From an uncultured Maricaulis sp. (lineage in GTDB: Bacteria; Pseudomonadota; Alphaproteobacteria; Caulobacterales; Maricaulaceae), in contig OZ244254.1 in assembly GCA_965217205.1 (NCBI GenBank), forward strand, positions 2,161,493-2,225,492: a stretch of 64,000 nt of DNA, written 5' to 3'. A program made the position numbers and the translations under genes. How positions within the stretch are numbered: the stretch's first letter is position 1; every line of letters begins with the position of its first letter. This document shows positions 48,959 through 58,227 of the stretch, one piece after another. The notes under the pieces were generated by a model that worked only from the letters and a program-made list of their open reading frames with translations, searched no databases and was not told where the DNA came from.

Positions 48959-50107
48959 ATGAGTTCCACCTCCCTGATCCCGCCGCAGCGCGACCGGTTC
49001 GAGCTGCCGCGCGAGACCTGCTATCTCAACGCCGCCTATATGGGCCCGATGCCGAGCGCCGCGGTGGCGGCCGGACAGGCGAGCTATGCCCGCAAGGGCC
49101 AACCCTGGCGCTACTCCGTGCAAGCCGATTTCTTCGACGCGCCGGAACAGCTTCGCCGGCAGGCGGCCCGCCTGTTCGGCGCCAGCCCGGACGATATCGC
49201 CCTGGTCCCGGCCGCCTCCTACGGGCTGGCCAGCGCCGCGCGCAATCTGGCGCCCGATGCGAAGAGCGAAATTCTCGTTCTCGATGAGCAGTTTCCGTCC
49301 AATGTCTATGTCTGGCGCGAGCTCGCCGCCGAACATGGCGCCCGCCTGCGGACCGTGTCCCGCTCGGACAATCAGAGCTGGACCGAGGCCATGCTGGCGG
49401 CCATATCGCCAGCAACGTCGATCGTCGCCTGCCCGCACGTGCATTGGGCTGATGGCGGTGCGCTCGACCTGGCGGCGATCAGCGATGCCGCGCGCCGTCA
49501 GGGCGCGGCCCTGGTTCTGGACCTCACCCAATCGCTGGGCGTCATGCCCTTCGACCTCGTCGCGATCCAGCCGGATTTCGCGGTCGCGGCGGCCTATAAA
49601 TGGCTGCTCGGCCCGTATGCGATGGGCTTTCTCTATGTCGCGCCCCACCATCAGGCCGGCGAACCGCTGGAGCAGAACTGGATCGTCCGCGACAAGGCCG
49701 AGGATTTCGCCCGCCTGGTCGATTATGCCGACGACCACGCGCCCGGGGCACGCCGCTTCGACATGGGCGAGCGCTCGAATTTCCAGCTCGTCCCGGCGGC
49801 GATCGCGGCGCTGGACGCCATGCTGGATTGGGGCGCTGACGATCTCGCCGCGACCCTGGGCGCGAATAACAGCAGACTGGCCGAGCGTCTGCAGCCGCTG
49901 GGTCTGACCGAGACGACACCGGACCGGGCCGCCCATTATCTCAGCCTGTCCCTGCCGTCGGGCGCACCGGCCGATCTGGTCGCCCGACTCGCCTCACGCA
50001 ATATTTATGTCTCCCAGCGCGGCGACCGGATCCGCATCACACCCCATGTCTATAATGATGAGGCAGACTTCCAGTCTTTCGCCACGAGCCTGGAAGATCT
50101 GCTTTGA
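48959..50107 (+). CDS. Class V PLP aminotransferase (cysteine desulfurase/kynureninase-like)
   Basis: 'YLNAAYMGP', 'QFPSNVY.W', 'DLTQSLG', 'AAYKWLLGPY', 'IRITPHVYN'. Confidence 0.88.
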   Translation: MSSTSLIPPQRDRFELPRETCYLNAAYMGPMPSAAVAAGQASYARKGQPWRYSVQADFFDAPEQLRRQAARLFGASPDDIALVPAASYGLASAARNLAPDAKSEILVLDEQFPSNVYVWRELAAEHGARLRTVSRSDNQSWTEAMLAAISPATSIVACPHVHWADGGALDLAAISDAARRQGAALVLDLTQSLGVMPFDLVAIQPDFAVAAAYKWLLGPYAMGFLYVAPHHQAGEPLEQNWIVRDKAEDFARLVDYADDHAPGARRFDMGERSNFQLVPAAIAALDAMLDWGADDLAATLGANNSRLAERLQPLGLTETTPDRAAHYLSLSLPSGAPADLVARLASRNIYVSQRGDRIRITPHVYNDEADFQSFATSLEDLL

Positions 50108-51006
50108 CCACACCCCATACGCCCCACCAGGTTGGCCTGAAAGACTGGGCGGCCCTGCTTTTACTGACAGTCCTGTGGGGCTCGGCCTTCGCCTTCATCA
50201 AGCATGGCGTCCAGACTCTGCCGCCCGGCGCCCTGATCTTTGTTCGCCTGAGCCTTGCCGCCCTTGTACTGACCATCTGGGCCTATGCCCGCGGACGTCG
50301 CCTGCCGCCCCTGTCAGACAGGCGCTGGCTGTGGATGGGCGGGCTGGGCTTTTTCGGCAATGCCCTGCCCTTCTTCCTGGTCAGCTGGTCGCAGCAATTC
50401 ATTGACAGCGCGCTGGCCGGTATTCTGGTCTCGACCATGCCCTTGGCGACGATCGCACTGGCTCATGTCTTCGTGCCCGGTGAACGCATGACCATGCGCG
50501 CCGTGCTGGGACTGATCGTGGGCTTCGCGGGTGTCACCCTCCTGCTCGGGCCCTCGGCGCTAGCCGGACTGGGTGGCGCGGACACGCTCGCCCAGCTGGC
50601 CATTATCGGGGCCGCGATCTGCTATGCGATCAATGCTATCCAGGCCCGCCTGCTGCCAGAAACCCCGCCCTCCGTCTCCGCCGCCGGCATGCTGATCATG
50701 GCCACCATCTTCACCTTGCCGCTGGGGATCTGGGATCTGATGCAGGTGGAGAATGTGGCCGGAAGCGCCTGGGCCGCCGCCGCCTGGCTGGCGATCGGGC
50801 CGACCGCCTTCGCCTCGGTCATCCTGATGCAGGTTGCGCGGACCGCCGGCCCGAACTTCCTCGCCATCGCCAACTACCTGACCCCGATTGCCGCCCTCCT
50901 CACCGGCTTGCTGATCGGCGAGACGATCGGCTGGACGGTACTGCTTGCGCTGGTCGTCATTCTCGCTGGTGTCTGGTTGGCCCGCAGCGGTCAGCGGATC
51001 GACTAG
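50104..51006 (+). CDS. DMT/EamA-family transporter
   Basis: 'LWGSAF', 'GNALPFFL', about 10 TM. Confidence 0.88.
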   Translation: MTTPHTPHQVGLKDWAALLLLTVLWGSAFAFIKHGVQTLPPGALIFVRLSLAALVLTIWAYARGRRLPPLSDRRWLWMGGLGFFGNALPFFLVSWSQQFIDSALAGILVSTMPLATIALAHVFVPGERMTMRAVLGLIVGFAGVTLLLGPSALAGLGGADTLAQLAIIGAAICYAINAIQARLLPETPPSVSAAGMLIMATIFTLPLGIWDLMQVENVAGSAWAAAAWLAIGPTAFASVILMQVARTAGPNFLAIANYLTPIAALLTGLLIGETIGWTVLLALVVILAGVWLARSGQRID

Positions 51007-51812
51007 GGCCGCATGACCCAGGCGTGATTGACCGGGCCGTGGCCGGCACCGAAGCCGGGCGCGCGGGCGATGGCCTCATGCAGATAGTCACCGGCCCGCC
51101 GCACCGCGTCCGGCAGGGCAGCGCCATCGGCCAACAAACCGGCGATTGCCGATGCGAGCGTGCAGCCCGTGCCATGGGTGTTGCGTCCGGGCAGGCGCGG
51201 TCGTTCCATCAGCTCCATCCCGCGTGACGAGACCAGGACATCGGTCACGACATGGCCTTTCAGATGGCCGCCCTTCACCAGCGCGGCACGCGCCCCCATC
51301 CCGACGAGCCGATTGGCCGCCTCGAGCTGACCGGCAATATCCTCAATCACCAGGCCGGTGAGCTTTTCCGCTTCCGGAATATTCGGCGTGACCAGATAGG
51401 CGAGGCGCAAAAGCCGGTCCCGGATAGCCGCCTCGGTTCCCTCATCGACCAGGGCATCGCCCGAGGTCGCAACCATCACCGGATCAAGCACCAGCGGAAT
51501 GGGCGGGTCGCAGGCTTCCAGACGCTCGGCAACGAGGGTGACCACATCCGCCGTGCCCAGCATGCCGGTCTTGATAACATCCGCCCCGATATCATTCAGG
51601 ACGGCGTCGATCTGGCCCTTGAGAATGTCGAGCGGGATCGGGTGAATGGCCGAGACACCGAGCGTATTCTGCACGGTGATCGCGGTGATCGCAGTCGCGG
51701 CATACCCGCCCATCGCGGTGATCGCCTTGATGTCCGCCTGGATGCCGGCGCCGCCGCCACTGTCCGAGCCGGCAATGACGAGCACGCGGCCCTTCGGTTC
51801 GCTGATATCCAT
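51003..51812 (-). CDS. thiD: Hydroxymethylpyrimidine/phosphomethylpyrimidine kinase
   Basis: 'IAGSDSGGGAGIQADIK', 'DPVMVA', 'THGTGCTLASA'. Confidence 0.95.
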   Translation of the reverse strand: MDISEPKGRVLVIAGSDSGGGAGIQADIKAITAMGGYAATAITAITVQNTLGVSAIHPIPLDILKGQIDAVLNDIGADVIKTGMLGTADVVTLVAERLEACDPPIPLVLDPVMVATSGDALVDEGTEAAIRDRLLRLAYLVTPNIPEAEKLTGLVIEDIAGQLEAANRLVGMGARAALVKGGHLKGHVVTDVLVSSRGMELMERPRLPGRNTHGTGCTLASAIAGLLADGAALPDAVRRAGDYLHEAIARAPGFGAGHGPVNHAWVMRP

Positions 51813-51845
51813 GAGTGATCCGTCCGCTTGGCTGACTTCGTCCGC

Positions 51846-52727
51846 CTATTGCTCGCGCAAGGCCCGCAGCCGGGCCCGCGCCCGCGCCGCTTCGGCATCG
51901 GATATCGCATGCGAGGCCGCCTGGTCATAGAGGTCGCGTGCGGCCTGGTTGTCGCCCTGCTCCACCCGGATCTCGGCCAACGCCACCGTCGCGCGGAAAT
52001 TTTCCGGCTCGAAGGCCAGCATTCGCTCATAGATCGAAGCGGCAGAGGCGAGATGGCCCTCCGCGCTGAGGCAGGCCGCCTGGGCGTGCAGCAAGTTATC
52101 ATCCCACGGGCTTTGCTCGACCGCCTCTGCCTCGGCGACGCAAGCACCGGGCGGCGCGACGGCCGAATTGCCACGCGCCGACGCATCCCGCTCTTCGAAC
52201 AAGGGGGTCGGCGTCTGTGTAGTCGGCTCGCTTGGTGCCGAAGCCGTGGGCGCTCCGGAGTCTGTGCCCATTGGATCGGTCGTCTCATTCAGGGCTGTTT
52301 CGCCGAGGGTGGAGCCGGCCGGCATGACCGCGTCACGCTCCGCCACGACCACATCAATCGGCGCGGCCTGGTCGATTTCCATGCTGACCAGGATGCCGCC
52401 CTGGCGCAGCTCGGCCCGGGCACCGGTCCAGGCCCGGCTGGCATAGAGATGAATGACGCCGCCCTGCTCGATCGGGTCAACGGACACCGCCGCCACCAGC
52501 GTGTCGGAGGCTGGCGATATGGCCCGGCCGCCCACCTCGACGCCGGTCACGGTCAGATTGAGCCCGGTTTCCGTCACTTCCGTCGTCAGGCCGGAGGGTT
52601 GTTCGTCGAAGGCGATCCATATTCGACCATGCCCGTCATCAAGGCGGGCACGCAGATCGACGATCTCGGCCGCGACGGGCGCGGTCAGAACAAGGCTGGT
52701 CAGAAAGGGAAGAAGAATGGCACGCAT
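51846..52727 (-). CDS. Exported protein with C-terminal TPR repeats
   Basis: Signal peptide; Pro/Thr/Ser linker; 'A..IYERMLAFEPENFRA..ALA'. Confidence 0.7.
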   Translation of the reverse strand: MRAILLPFLTSLVLTAPVAAEIVDLRARLDDGHGRIWIAFDEQPSGLTTEVTETGLNLTVTGVEVGGRAISPASDTLVAAVSVDPIEQGGVIHLYASRAWTGARAELRQGGILVSMEIDQAAPIDVVVAERDAVMPAGSTLGETALNETTDPMGTDSGAPTASAPSEPTTQTPTPLFEERDASARGNSAVAPPGACVAEAEAVEQSPWDDNLLHAQAACLSAEGHLASAASIYERMLAFEPENFRATVALAEIRVEQGDNQAARDLYDQAASHAISDAEAARARARLRALREQ

Positions 52728-52795
52728 GCCGATGGCCTTGCTCTGCTTCGCGTAAAGACCCGGTTAAGCCCACACGCGCCGGGTAAAGCCCGCAT

Positions 52796-53662
52796 TCAGC
52801 CCACCTCGGGGTCCAGGGCGGCGACCGGACCGGCATCGCAGGCATCGAACCCGAACGCCCCGATCAGCGTTTGATCCGCCTCGCGCACCGCCTCATAGAC
52901 ATAACACCCCTCGCCGAATGTCGGCAGCTCGCCACGCACGAAGATCGGGTCGCCCTCGCCAAACATGGCGTCAGCGGCATCGAGTGGGCGCACGGAATTG
53001 ATCGCCGTGCCCTGCTCGCGGGTCGCGCATTCCCAGGTGCGCGTGTCGAGATCGACAATGCGTACGCCGGTTTCGCCACCACTCATCGTGTAGGCGATCG
53101 AGACATGCTGGGCCCGGTCCCGAAACTCCGCCAGGCAGAGATCAATCACCGGCAGATAATCGATCAGGTAATTCGACCAACGATCGTGCTCCCCGCCGAC
53201 TTCGCGCCCGCAACCGCTGGCCGTACGCCGTCCGATCGACATGTCGGCAAAATAGATCAGCGTATCGCCGCTCTGGGTCCGGCACGGCCCGGCCTGGAGT
53301 TCGAGATGGATGAGGCGACCTTCGCTGTCCTCACCGTTGAACTGGCGCAAACCGCCATCAAGATAGGGCATGGCAATATCAAGATAAGCCCGCACTTGCC
53401 GCCCGTCTGCATAACTCATCTGCAACAGGGCCCGCGCGTCGCCTTCATCATCGACATAGCCTAGCTGACCGGTCCAGTCGCCACCGCGCAGGTCATAGCC
53501 CGCGCCGGTGACTGGCGCCCGCCCCGACGGCGCGTAATTGAAGGCCGAACTGGCCAGCCCGCCGCCCGCCGCGCCGCCCGTATGAGTCGTGGTCGAGGCA
53601 CACGCCGCCAGGCTGGTACCGATCAATGCAAGAAAAAGAACACGCAAAAGCATCTGGTCCAA
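52796..53662 (-). CDS. Hypothetical lipoprotein
   Basis: Lipobox 'LAAC'; several Cys pairs. Confidence 0.65.
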   Translation of the reverse strand: MDQMLLRVLFLALIGTSLAACASTTTHTGGAAGGGLASSAFNYAPSGRAPVTGAGYDLRGGDWTGQLGYVDDEGDARALLQMSYADGRQVRAYLDIAMPYLDGGLRQFNGEDSEGRLIHLELQAGPCRTQSGDTLIYFADMSIGRRTASGCGREVGGEHDRWSNYLIDYLPVIDLCLAEFRDRAQHVSIAYTMSGGETGVRIVDLDTRTWECATREQGTAINSVRPLDAADAMFGEGDPIFVRGELPTFGEGCYVYEAVREADQTLIGAFGFDACDAGPVAALDPEVG

Positions 53663-53792
53663 TGCCCCCTGATTTGTCCGGGCCCCGGCCGCGCAACCCG
53701 ACCCCCTCGTCCACGCTTGCCCTTTTTCAGCCTAACACATGAACACAAGCTGAGTGCGAGAATTCGGGACGACCGGGCCTGACGTGAGCGGA

Positions 53793-54683
53793 TCAGATCC
53801 GTTCGGGGAAATGCTCGGCCAGGAAATCGACAAAAAGACGTACGCGATGGGCAAGATACCGATTGGAGGGAAAGACCGCCCACAGGAAGCGCTGTTCCGC
53901 CTCCCAATCCGTCAGAACTTCAACGACGCGCCCATCGGCGAGCGCCTCTTCGGCTGCCCAGCGCGGAGAACAGGCTATGCCGACACCGGCAGCTGCGGCG
54001 CTGACGGCAGCGACGGCACCATTGAGAGTCAGCCGACCATTGACGCGGACATCCACCTCCTCCTCGCCACGGAGGAATTTGAGCATGTGCGGCGCCGGTT
54101 TGTTGCGGTCAATCACCACTTCATGTTTCGCCAGATCCGAAGGGTGTTCAGGCCTGCCCGCGCGAGCGAGATAGTCCGGCGACGCCACGACCGTCATGCA
54201 GGCCGCCGCCAGGCGTTTCGCAATCAGGGCACTGTCGGGCAGGTTACCGATCCGCACGCCAACATCGAATCCCTCATTGACCAGGTCGACCATGCGGTCC
54301 GCGAAGGAGAGACGCACCTCCACGCCCGGCCAGTCATTCATGAATTCCGTGACGATTGGCAAAAGCCGACGGGCGCCGAAATCGACCGGTGCCGCGACGC
54401 GCAGCACACCGGCCGGTGCCGATCGCGCATCCGCAACGCCCTGCTCGAGACCGTCATACTCATCCAGCCAGGGCCGGACGCGATCGAGCAAGGCCTCCCC
54501 CGCATCCGTCAACCGAACGGACCGCGTCGTCCGCTCGAACAGACGGGCCTGCAGGCGTTGTTCGAGCGCGGTGATCTGCTTGGACGCCGCGCCCGGCGTC
54601 ATGGCCTCGCGCTCGGCCGCCTTGGTGAAGCTCTCCAGCTCGGCGACCGAGCAGAAAAGGCGAAGGGCATCAATCCGGTCCAT
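53793..54683 (-). CDS. LysR-family transcriptional regulator (CrgA-like)
   Basis: 'SFTKAA...ASKQITALEQRLQARLFERTTRSVRLT'. Confidence 0.92.
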   Translation of the reverse strand: MDRIDALRLFCSVAELESFTKAAEREAMTPGAASKQITALEQRLQARLFERTTRSVRLTDAGEALLDRVRPWLDEYDGLEQGVADARSAPAGVLRVAAPVDFGARRLLPIVTEFMNDWPGVEVRLSFADRMVDLVNEGFDVGVRIGNLPDSALIAKRLAAACMTVVASPDYLARAGRPEHPSDLAKHEVVIDRNKPAPHMLKFLRGEEEVDVRVNGRLTLNGAVAAVSAAAAGVGIACSPRWAAEEALADGRVVEVLTDWEAEQRFLWAVFPSNRYLAHRVRLFVDFLAEHFPERI

Positions 54684-54794
54684 TTATTCCCCAGCAGAAA
54701 GAGACGCGCTCGTTGCAGCTTATTTATCTTAAAGCGCGCACCATTCCTATGGGCATTTCAATGAGGTCCCGCGACGCCCTGTTGACCGGGCGGA

Positions 54795-55871
54795 TCAATC
54801 TGCCGCGCGCGGGCCAAGTCGTGCCGCCACATCCGGCCAATCCAGCATCTCCGCAACCGCATGAAAGTCCGGCGTGCCGTCGGGGCGGATGTCGCTATCC
54901 GCGCCGGCATCGAGGAGGGCAAGCACGGCCTCCCGCTGCCCCTCGAAGGCCGCCCAGTAAAGCGGCGTCGCACCCGCGACATCCTGGACATCAGGATTCG
55001 CCCCGGCAGCGGCCAGCGCCGCAATGATATCGACATGGCCGGCGATCGCCGCCACATGGGTCGCGGTCAGCGCCATGCCGTTTTCCCCGGCGACATGATC
55101 GGGGTCAGCCCCTGCACGAAGGAGGCGGCCCACCGCCGCTCCATGTCCCTCACGCGCCGCTTCGAAGAGCGCGGTGAAGCCGATCGCGTCAACCGCATCA
55201 ATCTCGGCCCCGGCCTCTATCAGGACGTCCAATCCAGCCTCGTGACCAACCCGCGCGGCCGTGTGAAGAATTGGCCGCCCGGCCCAATCGGTGACCGCGT
55301 TGACCTCCGTCAGTGCGAGCAGGGACAGGAATAGCTCGCGCTCATTGCCGAGCAGGGCGGCCTCCAGGGCCGCATGGGCGGCCGACCTTAGCGGCCCCGG
55401 CCTTTGCGGATCCTGCGCTGTCGCGTCAAGCGCGAGGGCAAGCACGTCCTGATGACCGCGGCGGATGGCGATTTCAGCGACCGTACCATGACCGACCTGT
55501 TCGCCGCTCGCACCGGCCCGGAACAGCTCGGCCACAACCGCGGCATGGCCATAATAGGCGGCCCAGTTGATCGCCGGATCACCGGCCGAGTCCGGCGTAT
55601 CGACTTGCGCGCCAGCGGCGATAAGCATTCTTGCAAGAGCCGGGTCCGGATTGGACGCGGCCAGCATCAAGGCGGTCGCCTCCAGCCCCGTCTCCGCTCG
55701 CGCGTCGGGGTCGGCGCCGGCCTCCAGTATGGCTGCCAGCGCGCTGGCATCACCGGCCTGCAAGGCGGCCTGCATGTCGGGCGGGATCTCCGCATCAACG
55801 GCCGTGGTCGCGAGCAGCCCCGATACCGCAATAACAAGCCCGGTCCGAAAGCGGGATATAAGTGTGCGCAT
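54795..55871 (-). CDS. Exported ankyrin-repeat protein
   Basis: Repeated 'G.TALM.AA', 'AINWAA..G', 'TALFEAAREGH', 'TPLYWAA' units; signal peptide. Confidence 0.85.
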   Translation of the reverse strand: MRTLISRFRTGLVIAVSGLLATTAVDAEIPPDMQAALQAGDASALAAILEAGADPDARAETGLEATALMLAASNPDPALARMLIAAGAQVDTPDSAGDPAINWAAYYGHAAVVAELFRAGASGEQVGHGTVAEIAIRRGHQDVLALALDATAQDPQRPGPLRSAAHAALEAALLGNERELFLSLLALTEVNAVTDWAGRPILHTAARVGHEAGLDVLIEAGAEIDAVDAIGFTALFEAAREGHGAAVGRLLRAGADPDHVAGENGMALTATHVAAIAGHVDIIAALAAAGANPDVQDVAGATPLYWAAFEGQREAVLALLDAGADSDIRPDGTPDFHAVAEMLDWPDVAARLGPRAAD

Positions 55872-55938
55872 GATGTCCTCCCGTGCCAGCGGCAAGGTTA
55901 GACCGCGCACCGGAATGCTGCGCCCAACATCTTTGTGA

Positions 55939-57054
55939 TCAGTCCGCGAGGGCGAGCTTGAAATTGCGCCGCTGGAGGCGCACTGGCAGCCGGAAATCAA
56001 TGAGATCCGCGGCACCAATGCTGCGCAGCATTTCATCCACAGACTGTCGCGCCTCACCAGCCAGGCCTTCACGATAATCCGTGACGCGCTGGAGCATCCA
56101 GAGCGCGTAGGGGATGATGGCGCGGTCGGTGGTCACCGTCGCACCGCCATGCCCCAGTTCAACCTTGTGAAAGCCCAGTATACGCGGGATTTCAGACCCG
56201 GGCGCCTGCTCGCTCGACCAGGCCTTGAGGGCCTCGCTGGTGGCTTTCAGGACCGGCCATTGCTGCGCAGCAAAACGCTGCAGCATTTCCATGACGCCAA
56301 CCGGAATTTCATCCCCCTCAAGGAAGTCGCCGGCCAGGCAATGCTGCGGCGCATGCGTGTATTCCGCCCAGGCGGCAACACGCGGCGCCAGCCGCCGCAT
56401 CAGCTCGCCCGATTTGGGATCGCGCAGCAAATGCGCATAGAGCGGGCCAAGCAGACCATAGTCGGCAATAGATGGTCGGCCGCCGAAGAGGAAGGGCTGT
56501 TCGGCCAGATGCGCGTCAAAGACGCCGAGGAAGTCCTCATAAGCAGCCTCGATCGCGGCAACACTGTCCGGATTGACGCCCAAACCACCGACCGAGCCGG
56601 AGAAAAAGCCGACGGCCTTCTCGGCCGCGGCGAATTGTTCCTCCGGTGCGAGATGGGGATGGCTGCTGGCGCCGAATTCCTGCTGCGCGAAATCGCGATT
56701 ATAGGCCCAGCGGTAATGCATGGCCGGGATCACCAGCCACTCATCGCCGAATAGCTCCAGGATGAGCGAAGCCAGACGCTGCCGCGGCGTGTCAGGATAG
56801 ATGGACGGGCCGGGTTCACGGGCCTCGACATGATCGATGATCTCGGTCGTGTCCTGCAGCGTCTCACCCAGCTCGCTGTCATCATGATGGATGACAACCG
56901 GAATGACCGACCAGCCGACACGCGGCAGGATGTCAGCCTTGTAGACCTCACGCGTCGACAGGCGCTCGGTGAAGGCGACATTCTTCCAGCGCAGATATCC
57001 GCGCACCTTGCCGGTATAAAGCGATACCGGCGCTCCGATCAGGGTGTAGGTCAA
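55939..57054 (-). CDS. Glutathione S-transferase family protein
   Basis: 'SLYTGKVRGYLRWK', 'LQDTTEII', 'ADYGLLGPLYAHL.RDP'. Confidence 0.82.
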   Translation of the reverse strand: MTYTLIGAPVSLYTGKVRGYLRWKNVAFTERLSTREVYKADILPRVGWSVIPVVIHHDDSELGETLQDTTEIIDHVEAREPGPSIYPDTPRQRLASLILELFGDEWLVIPAMHYRWAYNRDFAQQEFGASSHPHLAPEEQFAAAEKAVGFFSGSVGGLGVNPDSVAAIEAAYEDFLGVFDAHLAEQPFLFGGRPSIADYGLLGPLYAHLLRDPKSGELMRRLAPRVAAWAEYTHAPQHCLAGDFLEGDEIPVGVMEMLQRFAAQQWPVLKATSEALKAWSSEQAPGSEIPRILGFHKVELGHGGATVTTDRAIIPYALWMLQRVTDYREGLAGEARQSVDEMLRSIGAADLIDFRLPVRLQRRNFKLALAD

Positions 57055-57126
57055 AGCACTCTCCTCGTTGCGGCCGAGCCTAACGAGGTTTGCGGTGACG
57101 AAAAGCGTGAAATTACGGCGCGGTGA

Positions 57127-57351
57127 TCAGCGCCGGGCGCTGTAGATCTCGCGCACCTTGACGACGATGCCCGCTTCGTGACGCGCCACAACGCGGTCGA
57201 CATTCTCCGCGGCGGTATCAAAGGCCGACCAGGCGGACCAGCCCATGACGCCGGTCATCAGAACCGCCGCCGCCCAGCAAACGAGCGCGATGGACCGTGC
57301 ATAGCTGGTCCACGTCGTTAGCTGCCAGCGATGTGATCCCGAGAGAAACAT
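57127..57351 (-). CDS. Small single-TM hypothetical protein
   Basis: 74-aa ORF with one hydrophobic helix, preceded by an AT-rich promoter-like region. Confidence 0.5.
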   Translation of the reverse strand: MFLSGSHRWQLTTWTSYARSIALVCWAAAVLMTGVMGWSAWSAFDTAAENVDRVVARHEAGIVVKVREIYSARR

Positions 57352-57435
57352 GGGTCCAGAAACCTTGTGCGCCGAGGCAATTTAACCTCGCCCCGCATTC
57401 TGCCGATGAACAGCGTTAACGCATCTCATATTTGA

Positions 57436-57450
57436 TTAACATCTTGTTCA
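57436..57450. promoter_or_regulatory. Near-consensus CtrA box TTAA-CATCTTG-TTCA
   Basis: One mismatch to TTAA-N7-TTAA; additional TTAAC half-sites nearby. Confidence 0.4.
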
Positions 57451-57619
57451 ATAATCGCGCCAAGCGTGTTTTGGCGGAAATCTCAACACCTTACCACATC
57501 GGTTGTGGAGGATGACGAACACAATATTCGCGTTTCAGGAGAATTGGGCGAATTTTCGCTGATGATTCCAAGGGGAGTGACCTGACCGCGCCCCGGCGGG
57601 CGCGAATGCGCGTGTCGCC

Positions 57620-58002
57620 CAAACCCCAAACGCACCAACCGCCCGTCCCTGACCTGGCAAGAGGTGAGGAGGCGGGCGGCCGTGTTGCGTCCGGGTCGGG
57701 TTTTGACACCTCTCCCTTCAGCGTCCCCTTTCTTTCGATCAGGGCAGCACCGCGGTGAGGCAGCGCTGGCATCTTGGCGGCCTGGTCCCCGGCCTTGCGG
57801 TCGGTTCAGTCCCTCCGGTTCGGCGAGCCCTCCGCGCCGGTCCTTGCAGACCCTTGCCTTGGAACCTGACCTGAATTTCGGGCCCCTTGCGGGTCCTTTT
57901 CTTCCGGCCTGCTGTCCGGAACCGGTCCTTGCGAACCTGCTCCTTCGAGCCACCTCTCCGGCGATCCCCGGTCCTTTCGGACCACTTCGGTCGCTGTCGA
58001 TG
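57620..58002 (-). ncRNA. Candidate large structured ncRNA with repeated GNRA-capped hairpins
   Basis: Five GMAA-loop hairpins, three near-identical (GGTYY-GMAA-GGACCGG); G-U wobbles favour the minus strand; closing 7-bp stem with U/G tail; no credible CDS. Confidence 0.6.
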
Positions 58003-58007
58003 ATTGA

Positions 58008-58036
58008 AGTAGAGCAGGCCGGACCCGCCTCTGCAA
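58008..58036 (-). promoter_or_regulatory. Candidate sigma70 promoter for the structured RNA
   Basis: TTGCAG, 17 nt, TCTACT on the minus strand; -10 is weak. Confidence 0.35.
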
Positions 58037-58055
58037 CGCACGGAAAATGCGTTTT

Positions 58056-58106
58056 CGTGGACAAGTCGCCGGACTTGGTGGAAAACCTTCCACTTTCCGT
58101 GGAAAA
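58056..58106. repeat. Three DnaA-box-like direct repeats (C/G)GTGGA(A/C)AA at exact 21-bp spacing
   Basis: cgtggacaa 58056, ggtggaaaa 58077, cgtggaaaa 58098; each 2 mismatches from TGTGGATAA. Confidence 0.55.
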
Positions 58107-58163
58107 GCTGGTGAAAACTTTCAACAGCCTGATTTCACGCCCTGATTAGCGCAGGTGCGGACA

Positions 58164-58200
58164 AGAAAAAACCGGCGCGAACAGTGCCGCGCCGGTTTCT
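58164..58200 (-). terminator. Intrinsic terminator of the fad operon
   Basis: aaccggcgcg/cgcgccggtt stem followed by a T-run on the minus strand. Confidence 0.8.
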
Positions 58201-58227
58201 TGCAGTCGCCGTGAGGCGTGAGGCGGA

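Noticed and set aside
57612-57640. TGGG-rich tract resembling mraZ/dcw leader repeats
   Set aside because: No mraZ or dcw gene follows and the repeats are irregular
57620-58002. Identity as RNase P RNA, tmRNA, SRP RNA or 6S RNA
   Set aside because: No GAGGAAAGUCC, tRNA-like ends/CCA, or GGAAG SRP loop could be found by eye
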